The notes under the pieces are model-generated. The model was given only the letters and a program-made list of their open reading frames with translations. It had not been told where the DNA came from and did not search any database. From the NCBI RefSeq assembly GCF_009914755.1, contig NC_060928.1: a stretch of DNA of 64,000 nt. One strand, 5' to 3'. Source of the stretch: the human T2T-CHM13v2.0 reference genome, Homo sapiens. How positions within the stretch are numbered: the stretch's first letter is position 1; the number at the start of each line of letters is the position of its first letter. The translations under genes were made by a program, and so were the position numbers. This document shows positions 39,308-53,814 of the stretch, piece after piece.

Positions 39308-40758
39308 TTTCAGAGGCATTTGAAATGGAACAACTCCATCTTAAATAGGGACTGGGTAAAATGAGGCTGTGAACTACGGGCCTGCATCCATAGATGATTA
39401 AGGTATTCTAAGTCACAGGATGAGATAGGAGGTTGGTGCAAGACACAGGTCATAAAGACCAACCAAAACCAAGATGGCAATGAGAGTGACCCCTGGTCGT
39501 CCTCACTGCCACACTCCTGCTAGCACTGTGACAGTTTACAAATGCCATGGCAACATCAGGAAGTTACCCTATATATCTAAAAAGGGGAGGCATGAATAAT
39601 CCACCCGTTGGTTTAGGATATAATCAAGAAAATGGGCAGGCAACCTACAGAAAGGTAGACAATCTTTGCAATCTATTCATCTGACAAAGGGCTAATATCC
39701 AGAATCTACAAAAAACTTGAATAAATTTACAAGAAAAAAACAAACAAACCCATCAAAAAGTGGGTGAAGGATATGAACAGACACTTCTCAAAAGAAGACA
39801 TTTATGTGGCCAACAAACATGAAAAAAAGCGCATCGTCACTGGTCATTAGAGAAATGCAAATCAAAACCACAATGAGATACCATCTCATGCCAGTTAGAA
39901 TGGAGATGTCTAAAAAGTCGGGAAACAACAGATGCTGGAGAAGATGTGGAGAAATAGGAATGCTTTCACACTGTTGGTGGGAGTGTAAATTAGTTCACAT
40001 TGTGGAAGACAGTGACGATTCCTCAAGGATCTAGAACCAGAAATACCATTTAATCCAGCAATCCCATTACTGGGTATATACCCAAATGATTATAAATCAT
40101 TCTACTATAAAGGCACATGCACATGTATGTTTATTGCAGGACTATTCACAATAGCAAAGACTTGGAACCAACCTAAATGCCCATCAGTGATAGACTGGAT
40201 AAAGAAAATGTGTCACATATACACCATGGAGTACTATGTAGCCATGAAAAAGGATGAGTTCATGTCCTTTGCAGGGACATGGATGAAGCTGGAAACCATC
40301 ATTCTCAGCAAACTAACACAGGAACAGAAAACCAAACACTGCATGTTCTCACTCATAAGTGGGAGTTGAACAATGAGAACACATGGACACAGGGAGGGGA
40401 ACATCACACTCTGGGGCCTGTCGGTGGGTGCAGGGCTAGGAGAGGGATAACATTAGGAGGAATACCTAATGTAGATGACAGGTTGATGGATGCAGCAAAC
40501 CACCATGGCACATGTATACCTATAGAACAAACCTACACATTCTGCACATGTATCCCAGAACTTAAAATATAACTAAAAAGAGGGGGGCAACCAACTGCCC
40601 TCTGGGCTGCTCTGTCTATGAAGTAGCCTTTCTTTTATTCCTTTTCTTTCTTAATAAACTTGCTTTCCTTTTCCTCTCCAACTCGCCCTGAATTCTTTCT
40701 TGGGTGAAATCCAAGAACCCTCTCTTGGGGTCTGGATGAGGACCCCTTTTTGGTAGCA
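39308..40758 (+). mobile_element. MER41A solo LTR (ERV1), split by an L1PA insertion
   Basis: tcagaggcatttgaa...caactccatctt at the 5' end; aagaaccctctcttggggtctggat...tggtagca at the 3' end; 4-bp TSD GTTA at 39304-39307 and 40759-40762. Confidence 0.92.
39639..40580 (+). mobile_element. 5'-truncated L1PA (~PA7-like) 3' end nested in MER41A
   Basis: ORF2 C-terminal remnants (track ORFs 39804-40034 and 40127-40369) and 3'UTR ending tatcccagaacttaaaatataa. Confidence 0.95.
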
Positions 40759-41164
40759 GTTATAAATGCTCTCTAGGAATTTCATTTCATTACATTATTC
40801 AACCACTCAACTATGAGAAGGATTTCAAAATCTGTTACTCTAGTGATCTCTCTTCCATATTTTCACTTAGTGGTTATAAAAACATACTTCAAACTTAAAT
40901 TTGTCCAGATCAGGGACCAGGCTTTCATCCCAATGCTCTCACCCAAATTTCCATCAGTTTCAGGGAACCATGAATATGGTTCTTTAATTACTATGGTCAT
41001 TGAAACTAACATTCTTGGGAAACTCACTCTAGTGAGAATATACTACCCTTGTTAGTGGGGGTAAAGAAAACCTAAGAATATTTTATCAGTGCCATTAAGT
41101 ATTTCCAAGTCTCAAAAGGGATATAATCTATACCTGTAATAATTGTAATAAAAGTTATACATGA

Positions 41165-41488
<324 letters not shown>

Positions 41489-41559
41489 TTATATTCAATG
41501 CTTTTCTTTTTGTTGCATTCCACATCCACCAAATTAGCATATTCTTTTTATTAATGGAC

Positions 41560-41689
41560 ATTTTCCTATAAAAAAATAAAATTCAGGGTCAAATTGTTTC
41601 TCAAGACCTTTACCACTTCCACTAGGCAAAACCCACCATCATTTTTAACAGAGTATTGTAACAGACTCTTCACTAGTCTCGCTGTTTTC

Positions 41690-41741
<52 letters not shown>

Positions 41742-42070
41742 ATACAGCAACTAAAGTGAACATCTGCTCAAAATCCAATGATCTCTACTCTCTCTCAAAG
41801 TAAAAGTAGGAGTTAGGAGTCTTTATAGTGGCCCGAACACTTTACATGAATTGCACCTTCTCCCTCTTCTCAAACTCAACTTCTAACTCTGCCTTGATTA
41901 CACTGCTCTAGCCACATAGGATATCTGTCATTTGGGCTTCATATTTGCTCTTTTCTCAGTTTGGAAAGCCCTTTCCCCAGATATTCCCAAGCCTTTCTTT
42001 CTAGATTCCTTTAGATCTTTGCTTAAAAGATGCCTTAACAAAAACTTTCTATGACCTACATATATAAAAT
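41560..42070 (+). mobile_element. L2 fragment containing an (AC)n microsatellite (41690-41740)
   Basis: caccatcatttt...tattgtaacagactcttcactagtctc; ggaaagccctttccccagatatt. Confidence 0.7.
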
Positions 42071-42222
42071 AATAAAGCCCCCATTTAGCACTTTCGAGGA
42101 AAAAAACTCAGATGATATGATATTTGGACATGTATTGGAATTTGTCTCATTTAGCAGCTGTAACATCTCTGAGTTGGGTATTATTGACCTCAGTAATAGA
42201 GAGAAAGAGAGGGTAGATTTCT

Positions 42223-42553
<331 letters not shown>

Positions 42554-42802
42554 TGACTCAGAAATGTCTTGAGGAAAGTGTGTGGAAACTAAATGTAGAT
42601 ATGATCTAGATAAAGGAAATAATGGGCTGGGTCATTCCAGGTGGAAGGGGCAGAGTCTATAAAAGTGTGGCTTTAGAGAAAGCCATAGGTTAAGAGTGAA
42701 AGAAATTCAAGTCTTCTTTATCACACATTGGACTTCTCATTTGGTCAGAATCCAGTGTTAAAAAGCCTAGAGAGGGGGTACAATTTATGGGGGGGCTGAG
42801 AG

Positions 42803-42928
42803 TGGGATTATCCATCACCTTAAGCATTGATCATTTCTTTGCATTACAAGCATTCTAGGTATGCTCTTTTAGTTATTTTGAACTGCACAATAAATTATTA
42901 CTGATTGTAGCCACCTGTATCAAATACA
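42803..42928 (-). mobile_element. L1MA 3' fragment
   Basis: tccatcaccttaagcattgatcatttctttg...ttttagttattttgaa...caataaattatt. Confidence 0.75.
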
Positions 42929-43574
42929 GGAATAGGCTGCATTGATAAGGATATTGGTCCTAATCCACAGGTAGTGAGTAGACATTGCAAATCTCTACAA
43001 AGAATAACTCTGGTTCTAAAATATGCATGTTGTTTTCCCATATAATATATACTTTAATCATTATAATAATATTGAGAGACAATAATTATTTTTATTTTAA
43101 GATGAGAAAAGCCAATATTATAGAAATGAAATAATGCTCCCCAGTTACACTGAGACAGAGCTGAGATTCCATCCCTTATGCATCAGGATGTTTTTTATCT
43201 TGTCATGGCAAGATAACAGCGTAAAGAGTGATTAGAGTGAAAAGAGACTAAAAGAAGAGTAAGGACACTTGCCGGGAAGGCATTGCAATAGCCTATGTTA
43301 GAAAGGATGAAAGATTCAATGAAAACTGAGTTAGCATAATGAAATGTTGTTTCTGCAATTATTAAAAGTGAACAATTTATCTGCTATTAAGTTTGGTTTT
43401 GAAGCATATTGGAAAATACTGGTGATAATAGATATTCGATGATTTGATTTCAACCTAATGAGAATGTACAAGGTTATTCATAATATTAACATAATTTAAA
43501 GTTGTGAAATGGTTATAGTATTTATATTAGTCACATAAAAGCAACTTTAGGAAGAATTTTATATTACAGAGTAG

Positions 43575-43695
43575 TAAAAATTGAATATGCTAATTACACA
43601 GATCTGATCACTATACATTTTATGTATTAAAACATCACTATATACCTCATAAATATGTACATTTATTATATTATTTCAATTTAAAAGTAAAATTC
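43575..43695 (+). mobile_element. L1MA terminal 3' fragment
   Basis: atatgctaattacacagatctgatcactatacatt...cataaatatgtaca. Confidence 0.75.
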
Positions 43696-45024
43696 AAAGA
43701 TACAAAACTGTATATATCACTGGGTTTCCTTTGGTTCACACACTAAAACTATAGTACCAATTTTCATGCAAATCACATTCTAAGATGTGTTTTTTTTCTA
43801 TCATTAGCACTTTAATAACATCATAAGCAGTTTATTTCAAAAGCTCCTTTTATCCAAAGAACTCAAAGTTATCATAAGCATTAATTACTTTTAAAAGTCT
43901 CTGAGGGATAGAATCATTTATGCAAGCTTCTCTCATAGGATCACTTATAGGTAATGGTGTTAAAGAACAATACACCTGCTAATCAGACAGTTTGAAGCAC
44001 ACAATTAATATAAGTCTCAATAAAATTGAATGCTAATAGAGAATTTTATTTTATGGTGTCAATTTTTCACCATCCACAAAGTCTTCATAAACCCTTCTTT
44101 AGAATTATAAAGAAAATCTCTAATAAGACTTGCCAAGGATCAGATGCACATTTTCCTTATAATCAATAAAGTGTAAGCTTTTGGCTTCCTCACTTGAACA
44201 TCTGCTTCAATGGCCTTGAGAAGGGCCTATAAATGTGTTGTCCACAGGGACATAGGCAAATCCTACCCAAGTCTATGATGTATGTGGCTAATAAAACACC
44301 TTTGACATGCCTCCCTGGGTAGATGAGTTGACATTTGTGGCCACAGTTTGAAAAAGAAGTTTACACTACCTCACTTGTATCATGAGCAAGCATACATTTC
44401 AGCCAAAAATATTAAACGAGAGTTTGCTCATGAGAGCAACATTAGAGAACATTATATAGGGAGGTAAAACAAGGAAATAATGAATTGTTTTGGCTTTCCC
44501 AGTATAGTTGGAAAATGTTTTCCTTCTGGTAAAATAATTTTAAGCTCTACATGTTCTATTGTTGAACTATTTATTTAATTTTGTCGTAAAAGCAATATCG
44601 GAGGAGATATTGTGAATCTTTCCAATGTAACTATATATCCACTAGTTACCAATTTCTAACCTAATAAAAATCTTACAAGAACAGGAGGAATGGGATGAAT
44701 TAAAAAATTAAGGCTAATTTTCCTTCATAAGGGAAAAATTAATAGTAATGGATAATTTATAATCCTGTGCAATATGGACATTTTATATGGAAAATAGAGA
44801 AAAGACAGAGTACATACATTGCTCCCCTGTCCACATGCCCTGCACATTTGACAGTGGATCTTTCTCTTCCTACTCCAAAATGATTGGACCAGGGATGGGC
44901 ATCAAATTCTGGCACAGGATCAGGAACTTGCATGAAATGTCTACAGTGAATTGAGAATTAGAACCAGGAGACAAAGAAATTAAAAAAACACATGATGGGC
45001 AAAGAAGAACTAGAATACATGGGT

Positions 45025-45177
45025 CGCTGTGAATAGAATTTTCTGTGATGATGGAAATATGGCTGTTGGTAACTTAAAATGTGACTAATGATATAGATAA
45101 ATTGATTATTTTCTCTTATTTAATTAGTTTAAGTTCAAATAGTTATGTGTGACTAGTGGCTACCTCATTGGATAGCA
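45025..45177. mobile_element. MER3-like hAT-Charlie element, probably nested in an old MLT1 LTR (~44840-45490)
   Basis: aatagaattttctgtgatgatggaaat...gactagtggctacctcattggatagca. Confidence 0.8.
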
Positions 45178-45609
45178 AAAAATCTGGAAGATCACAGTAG
45201 TAGTTAAGATGGGTAGCTCTGTTTAGTTATGTGTACATTGGGAAAACGAGATCAACTGAAGGAGAATATAGCTGATATGAAGAAAAAAATTAGAGAGGAG
45301 AGAAACCACATGGTTATGGAAGGACAGAAAATATAATTTCGGGTTTTGATTTTTAGTTGCCATTTGCATGTGACCCAGCTCTTCTTTGCCCCATTGATGG
45401 GTTTGATTAGAAACCTGTTCTCTATGTTCTCTCCCATTAAACCCCTTTTATACTTTGAATTAATTTATATGGATTACTTTCAAACAGGTTTGACTTGGAG
45501 AAGGAACCACACAAAAAATGGTAAAATACCAAGAAAATCATGGAAACAAGGCCAGCCCAGCATTCCCTACACAGTTCCTGTTTTACTCCAGCAGAATGTA
45601 GTAGGTGGA

Positions 45610-45830
45610 ACTTGAGTTCATATGTTGTGCACACCTAGGCTGACATCTTAAGCTCAGTCAGTAAGTTATGTGAATTTAGGAAGATAATTAAAAAATCTGT
45701 TAGCATCACTTTGTCACCTTTAAAGTGAGATGTAGAGCAATCAATAGCAACACCAACTTCACAGAGATGTTAGTGCTAGATATAATCATGCTTATATAGA
45801 ATTTGTTACAGTGACTGGCACACAGTGGCT
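45610..45830 (+). mobile_element. MIR
   Basis: Degenerate MIR core and 3' acagtgactggcacacagt. Confidence 0.6.
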
Positions 45831-46827
45831 AGTTTACTTTCCCCCTGTCAACCACTGCCCCTGCGCAGAGCCTGCTATGCTAAGGTGATATCATTGATCA
45901 CAATTCTTTTCACACATAACTGTCATCTTTGTGAGAAGAAAAGGAAGGGAGATAGGATAATTTTTAATATTCATCTTATAGAGAAAATAACTTAAAATTT
46001 GGAACTGTGCCAAAAAATCTCCATGTAGACTGTGTATTGTTGCCTAATTAATAGTGAAAGGAACCATTACTGAAATAGTAAAATAATAATTAACTTGATA
46101 AAATAATAAATTTTTATTTATCTCAATAAATAAACTTGATAACTTAATAAAATAAAATATAATTAACTTGAAGGTTATACTGCAGTCACAAAAATATGTT
46201 TGTTTTTGATGCGTAGGTATTTCCTTACCTAAACTTTGGTGAAACTAAATAAATAAATTCATGAAAGAGAAATATCCATATAAAAAACAAATCTTCCTTG
46301 GGCAAGATGCAATCTTTCTGAAAATGGAAAGAATCACATTAGAAATTATAATATGGTCCTTTCATTCCAATCTTAAGCATGTTTGAAACACAAAAAAAAT
46401 CCAATTTCTATAAAAATGTTCTCGGCTATTATTTGCATACAATTGCAATGTATATGTGAAATGTACAGAAAATGTTTAACTGCCAAGAGGGAAAATGGAT
46501 ATTCTAAATATATCCTGTTTATACATTCAACACATTATCAATTAGATGAATGAAATGCAGTTTACATATTTTAAAAGTTTTAGATAAGTAACCTACTCTA
46601 TTACAATCAAGTTATTTTAGCAACTATAATGTAGTGTGGCTGGGGCTAAATCTATTACTTTTTCACAAGGCATTGCTACCTTATCTTGATATGAAAAGTT
46701 AAGTTAGTTCTTTTTAATGTCTATTAAACTTAATTAAAATAACTTCTATATTTATTGGTTAAATGCATTTTAATTTGTTCATATGTTTGGAGCCTAAACA
46801 AGTCACAATTAAAAAGGCAAATAGCCA

Positions 46828-47030
46828 CTATCATTTTTAATTGAAATAAAAACATCATAGCTTACATTGTGTGCTGACTGCCTACACACAATATAAGCTA
46901 TGATGTTTTTCTTTCAATTAATATAAAAACCTCATTTTTATTTGAAATAACAACATCATAACTTATACTGTGTGTCAGCTGCCTACACACAATATAAGCT
47001 ATGATGTTTTTATTTCAATTAAAATGATAG
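46828..47030. repeat. Tandem duplication (period ~101 bp) of a near-perfect hairpin
   Basis: Arms 46838-46873/46885-46920 and ~46932-46974/46986-47030, each with an 11-nt loop. Confidence 0.95.
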
Positions 47031-47059
47031 GTCTAAAATAACACAATTAAATGAATAGC

Positions 47060-48280
47060 ACATATAACAGCCACCTGGACGTCTTCACTTGCTGTTCCCA
47101 GGCACCTCAAAATTCATATAAGCCAGGTGCAAATTGTCTTTACCTCTAGTATTTTTTAGCTAGGTAATAAGGTGCCATCACTGGCCCCGAGGAAGGTAAG
47201 TAGAAATCACCCTCAAGTTCTTTCTTTTAGTTTTAACTTCTGTGCTCTAATCCACAATCAACACCAGTCTATTCTCTTTTTAATTTCTACCAACTTGCTT
47301 CCCTTTCCTGATCACCTCCGATCTTCCTGTAGATCAAGCTCTCACTAATATCTCTTTTGGAATATCAAAATAACCACTTCAATTATTCTTCATGCTGCAG
47401 CAAGAGTGATTTTTATAAATCCAGTCTTGTTACTGTTCTGCCTGCAAACCAACTAAGGGAACAAATATTCCCTTCCGTATGTGAGCTAAATCCCTCTTTC
47501 ACTGAACTCTGGATACCTTGCCATCTCGGAACTTCACCCTCCTCCTTTTGTCAAATTAAAAATGTCTCTTGATTCCATATTCTCCTCTAAATACTCCTCT
47601 GCTTTTATTGTCTTCTCTGTTACAGAATATCCTTTTGAAATTTTCATCTGAACTCATTATTTCTGCATTTTATACTCATCACTCAGTTTCCACCTTTCTA
47701 ACTGATTCATTGAAACTACTTTTGTCAAGATCAAAAACAACCTTTGTGTTACCAAATCCAATGATACTACTTTGATTTTCTCTTATTTGACATCTCAGGA
47801 ACATTCTCCTTGCCTCATTTTCCTTTCTTAGATTTCTGTGTTATCAACTAGTTCTGACTTTTTGCCTTATTGACTACTCCTCAGTCTCTTTTACAAGTTA
47901 TTTCCTGTAAAACTTTAAATTTAGACATATCCCATCATTGTTCCAACCCCCTCTTCTCTACTTATACTTATTCCTTTGGGACTTCATCTCGTACCATATC
48001 AAGTATCAAATGGCCAAATTTAAATCTATGGTAGTAATATTCTCTTGAACATGAGACATATACACAACCATGTCATCTCCAAAATAAGTAAGCATTATTT
48101 AAAATCTAACATATTCAAAACAAATTTTGCTTGTGTCTCCAATTTGTCCAGTTTCCCTTTTACAGTAGATATCACTGAGCATACAATTACTCATGCCCAA
48201 AACCCTTGATTTATCTTTTCCCATCCCGTCCATAAACATATCTCCCTGAATTATTTCATTTCCTTCATTTTCACTTCATG
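47060..48280 (+). mobile_element. L2 fragments
   Basis: cccaggcacctcaaaattcatat; tgttaccaaatccaatga; cttatttgacatctcaggaacatt. Confidence 0.65.
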
Positions 48281-51200
48281 ACCTTGAAAGAGACAAGGGA
48301 AACACTGAAAAATGTGTTTTATTAAAATTTCAAATGTCTGCTCATTAAAATCACTAATTCGAAGGTAAAAAAGACACAGTACGGGAAATTTCAGCCACAT
48401 GTATAAGTGACAAAGCAGTCATCTATCAAATGTAAGAAAATTTTATCAATGCACATAAGGGCAATGGCCATGTATAATGATATATTTATTGTTTTGTAGC
48501 CCAATTACAATATTATAGTATTATGGATAAAAAACTCTTAAATTACTTCCATGTCATTTAACCCTCAAAAAGTTTCAATGGACGTAGGTATCACTATTGT
48601 CTTATTTTCACAGATGGAAAAACTAAGTTTTAGTGAATAAGCAAATTTAAATTAAATAGATATTAATTTTGGAGTTTATATTTGTCTTTGATGTGGTCTA
48701 AAATTAGAATCCTTGCATCATGCTATTTGGCCTGCTTTTAGCTACTCTGAATATGCATGCCCCACAGAAGCAGGTAATCAAATGTCCTTTTCTTATTATT
48801 TTGGTTGCTTTGTACTTCCATATTTTGGCAGAGATATTGATCAACATTTTCACTGAGCAAATGAATAGATCAGTTTAGAAACTGGCAACTTGGGCTTAAT
48901 TTTTAAAATAAAGTCAGCTTTTGATTTACTTCAGGATTGAACCTGGGGAATATGGCTTTTGTAAACAGTTGGGTTAAATTTCCCATTTATGTTGGGATGG
49001 CCTCCATATTGGAATCTGGTGTACTTTTTGATTCAATTTTTCAACATATTTTAAATCTATGGACTATCTATGAGGAAAAACTTAGGAAACTATTATGTTA
49101 AACTTTTCATATGTCTTGAACAAAATTCCCGGTAATTATAATGACTACAATTGACCTTCATGTGAGAGAAGTGACAGTAATGGAATAGACAACCCTACCA
49201 CGCTGGGAGAGAATAATACTGCAAAAAAAGATATTTTGGACAAAATATAGGTAATACACAAATATGTAAATCAAATGAAATGCACATAGCAAGAGTGCCA
49301 CTACTGTTACCTCCATGACACACAGACACTCACAGCCATATAAAACACTTTCCTCGTTTCTTTGTCCCTATCTCAGTGAAAGGCACCATTCAGTTTCCCA
49401 GAGCAAAAATATGGGCTTCATTCATTCTCACTTCCATACTCAGTTGGCCACTAAGTGCTCTACTGTCTTCCTGCTTAGCATTTCTCATAAATGTTTCCTT
49501 TCAGCATTCTGACTTTTTCCTGTTGTCCAGGGTTTAATTTTTTTCTTTCTGAACCCTTGCAATACTCCTAATTGGTCTCATAGAAAATCATAGATTTTCT
49601 CGTTTTCAAATTCACTCACCAAACTCTAGCCTCAGTGATCTGTCTAAAATGCTTATCTAGGCAGGTAGATTCAAAGACAATGAAGATAGCTAGCAGGGAG
49701 GGGCAAGATAAAATCCACCACAGAAATGTCCCTACAATATGTATGTAAGAAATAAGTTTAATTGCTGAGAATGAATAAAAAGGTAAGAATTTAAGGACTA
49801 ATGACTGGGGAAAGGACTCAGAAAGTCTCTTGTACTGATTTTCCTAAAGAAAAATTTTCTATCATATTACTAGATCAAAAGAGAAAAAACATTGAAACAT
49901 CTGTAATAAATTGCATGATTGCAGCATAATTCACTCAATAAATTGTGTGAATTAGGTTTTAATTCATGGTTCTGAAATAATTATTTTGCTAAATTTATAT
50001 CTAAATGATCAGCTATTATATATTTGTCTCCTTTAAGTCTATTGCTATTGGATTTTTGGTCTTGGTGACATTGCAATACTTTGTAATAAAATTTTGCTAC
50101 TTCTTTTAAACATTTTACTTTTAACTCGTTCACCTCATAGATATTGTAATTATAAGGAAAATGTGTGCTTATGCGCAGCATAATCTAATAAACAACTGAT
50201 CTTCAAGAAAATGACTTGAAATATGTTTCTAAGACGTTAGTAATTTAATCTAATTATCTGGTAAATTTTTGGTAAAAACATTTAAGATTTTTTTAGATTA
50301 ATAAAGTGTTACAAGAGATAAAAATTTTAAAATGCAGTAGTATCTCTCTGAAGTTTCCTAACGTTTTTAACTTTGACTGTACATTTTTACTTTCTAACAT
50401 AACATCAATGCCCTAGCTACATCTTCTCATGATTTTCAGAATGCATATACATTAAACAGAATGCACAGGCCATTTAAAAGCATCTCTTTATATCTGAAAA
50501 GCAGTTGAAACAGTACCTGGTTTAAAATTTTCAGTGAAATGATTGAGTTGCCCAGTGTGTGGCTACAAAATGGCTTTTGGATTAGCTTAAATTTTATACA
50601 GACTGCCAACTTCACTCTTCCAATATGCTCCCCAGCCTTTCACCTCCGCAAATTTATTTTTGTGACCAAAGCACTTTTTCCTTTAAGGTAGATGTGGCTT
50701 CCTATTAATGCAATAATGCCTTTTAAAAATATCATGATTCAGTTTGGAGTATAAACATAATTCCTTTATTATAAGTAACTTGAGGGATAGGGTTGTGGTT
50801 TAGGTTAGAAGTATTAAGCATGTGATATCAAGCACCTGTGTTTCATGTAGTCAGCATTTGGCCTTTTCATTCTATACTGTAGCCCTCAGTGCATGACAGT
50901 TTGCAGAGAGACCTTTCCCTGGTCCCAACTCTGAACAATGTTCTTTTCTCTTATTGGCTATTTCTCCCTCAGGCCCAGTCAGAATGATTAAAAACATAGT
51001 TTAAGTTCTTTTTCAACTTTGGGGAGAAAATTAAAAAATCAAATCCCATATCCATTTTCATCCTTTTCTATGGCACTCAACATTAATGTGCATGCTGACC
51101 CAATTTTCAGTTATTATTATTATCACCTCTGATTCTGTCTCCCTGGTTTCTAGAGTCACAGTCATAGCATTGACTTCGTCCTTGATTTCACATAATCATT

Positions 51201-53231
51201 AGATTCAAGTGCCCTCCACATTCTAAAGGTCTTACTGTCTCAGTCGGGATGTCCTAATCACAAATTTTCAACATAATTTAATGCTGTCAACTTAACCCAT
51301 AAATTAATTTATTGAAAATACAATGTCCATCCAAATTTAATCATCCAAGGCCTGAAGGTTGTGGTTCAATAACATAATCATGGTGGATGGATCCTCTTTT
51401 TTTCAATGATGTTGAAGAGGTAATATTCTTAGACACTGGGTTAAGAACCAAGAATTAAAGTATCCTATATACTCATTCAGAAATAATCTTCCAAATTGTA
51501 AGTAACTTTTTAGGGAGTATTTAGGCTTTTCCACTATGTACACCAGGATCTGGATGCTACTGAATAGGCAAGGTCAACAATCAGTGTATGTATATGTACT
51601 TCGTATGAACTTTGGTTTAAGATGTTTAAGAAATATCACATTATTTTAGTTTTTTCTAAGCACCCTCTTTAGCAAACATACAGAGACACACACAAATCCT
51701 GCTGAAATTATAAAAAAGTTTGACCCTGTTTATTTTAAGTAGTCCCCCTAACAATCCTAGAATCACGTTAACATCTCACTGGACCTCCATGGTCTTTCCC
51801 AAGCTCAAGGCTTTCTGCTGCTTTCGTACTATCTTTGTGAAATAAGAATATTTTCCAAGCCTAATATCTCAGTGGCTAAAATTAAATCTACTTATAAGCA
51901 CAAAAGTATATTTCTCTTTAAGATATACCTCCCATATAAAGTATTGCTGAGGTTAAAATTGATATCCAAGTTGCTCTAAAACACATAGACCTGTTTTCAT
52001 CTCCTAGTTCAAGAATTTTCTTCCTACTCATGTAGAAAATTCTTCCACACCTTCTCTATATCTTCCTGTAAACTATATCTTATGCAGTAGGCTTAGATTT
52101 TTGCAAAACCCAAACTAGGAAGTCTTGGAGTCTTTCTACCTAGCCAATTGTGAAAGATCAGTGAGTAATAATCTTGAGCACAAAAGTTAAAGGGACACCA
52201 AAAAAAATCATCTTAATATCAAGATCAGTAAGATTGTAATGCAGTCTTTTAAAAATTGAAATTAAAGCCAGAAAATGCATGATGAGCAAAGTATTTGATT
52301 CTTAAGTAAAAATAAGATCAATTTTACTCATTTTTTTATTTCACCACAGGCTCCAATATGGCTCAGAACAGTGCTGTTGACCATATATATTCCCTAAGTC
52401 AATTGCAATACTACACATGCTATTTATTTACACAGAAGAGAAAGGAAAGAAGAAACTGGATACATTAACCATCAAAACATTATCCAGCTTAATATGCTGG
52501 AGAAGCTGTTGACAGAATGATTTGTTGAGAACAGCAACCTAAACCCACATCTTTAGAACATAATTCTCCTGAAATTCCCTGTTGGGATGAACTGCATAAA
52601 TATGATACTTATGGTTCAAACCTAGAGACAAGTTTAATGTCTCATACCCTTTGGAAGAGACTAGTGCTAGATGTCTTTGTTTATAATGCCACAGGTGGGC
52701 TGAGAACATCGTGGCTTTGAGATAGACTTGCTCTTGCAATACCACTGAAGCCTAGAAAGAAGCCAACAGTTCCCAAGTTTCCCAACTGTGTTTGTGGTGG
52801 AAAGAAGAGTCACCAAGCTGACTCGTGGATGTTTTGCTGAGCAGCAGAGGGAGAGTCACCTCACGCATCTGCCAGATTTTCTTCTTCATCCAGGGAGGCA
52901 TTGTGAAGTTAACAATATAAGCTAAGGGATTGTCTCTTTCAAAAATAGTTTCAGAGAATAGAGGGGGCTCCACTCTTCTCACACCTCTATCAAGTTGTTC
53001 CCACTTTCCAAACTATTTGACATTGCTTCCTATATGTCATCAAGCAAACTAATAAATAAACAATGAAGGAACCTCCTTCCTACCTTATACCCTGTGAAAA
53101 TGGCTGAATTTTCACTTTCTAAAACAATTCAGTGTTGGCTACTTACTCAGAATTTCTTTTTTTTAGATTGAGTTTGTTTTTTTTTTAATCATTGAGAAAC
53201 TGAAGGTAGCTAAAATAACATAGTACATTGG

Positions 53232-53382
53232 AATTCAAAATGTGATTGAGAGACCAGAGGAATCAGTACTAACTATTAGAAATGCAGAATCTCAGACCCC
53301 ATCCCATTCCTAACCAATCAGCAGTTGCATTTAACAAGAGATTCCAGTGATGTGTGTGCACATTAAAGTCTGAGAAATGCTG
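53232..53382. mobile_element. MER5A hAT-Charlie
   Basis: ttagaaatgcagaatctcagacccc...ttgcatttaacaag...gcacattaaagtctgagaaatgctg. Confidence 0.85.
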
Positions 53383-53814
53383 AAACAATGCAGACTGTTT
53401 TTTCTCTCCAGTTTATATTTATCTTACTCTGCACTCTCTAGTGTGTGCTTTGATGCCCAAATTTTGCCTTTAGTTTTTTATTAAAACTAGTATTTACTCC
53501 ATTATTTTATTATTTACTCCATATATTTTATTGAATTTTTTCTAAGTAGAATATTTTCAAACATAGATTTTCAGCATTTAAGTCCTATTGAATGCTATCT
53601 CCTCACTCCACTACACCCTGCAAATTTCTTTTAGATAATTAGGACTAAGTCTGAGCCATTTCTTTTACTGGCCACTCTGAAATTTGCAAACTCTTCTTGG
53701 TATCATTAATTTTTCTATGGATGTTGTGATGGGGCAAAGTTTTTTGCTACCCCTGGCGGAAGTTCCTTTGAACATGGAGCACAAACTGATAAATAATCTT
53801 CTGCTGGGTAGAAA

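Noticed and set aside
46828-47030. CRISPR-like or terminator interpretation of the repeated hairpins
   Set aside because: Eukaryotic context, only two units, near-identical loops rather than unique spacers, and no cas genes.
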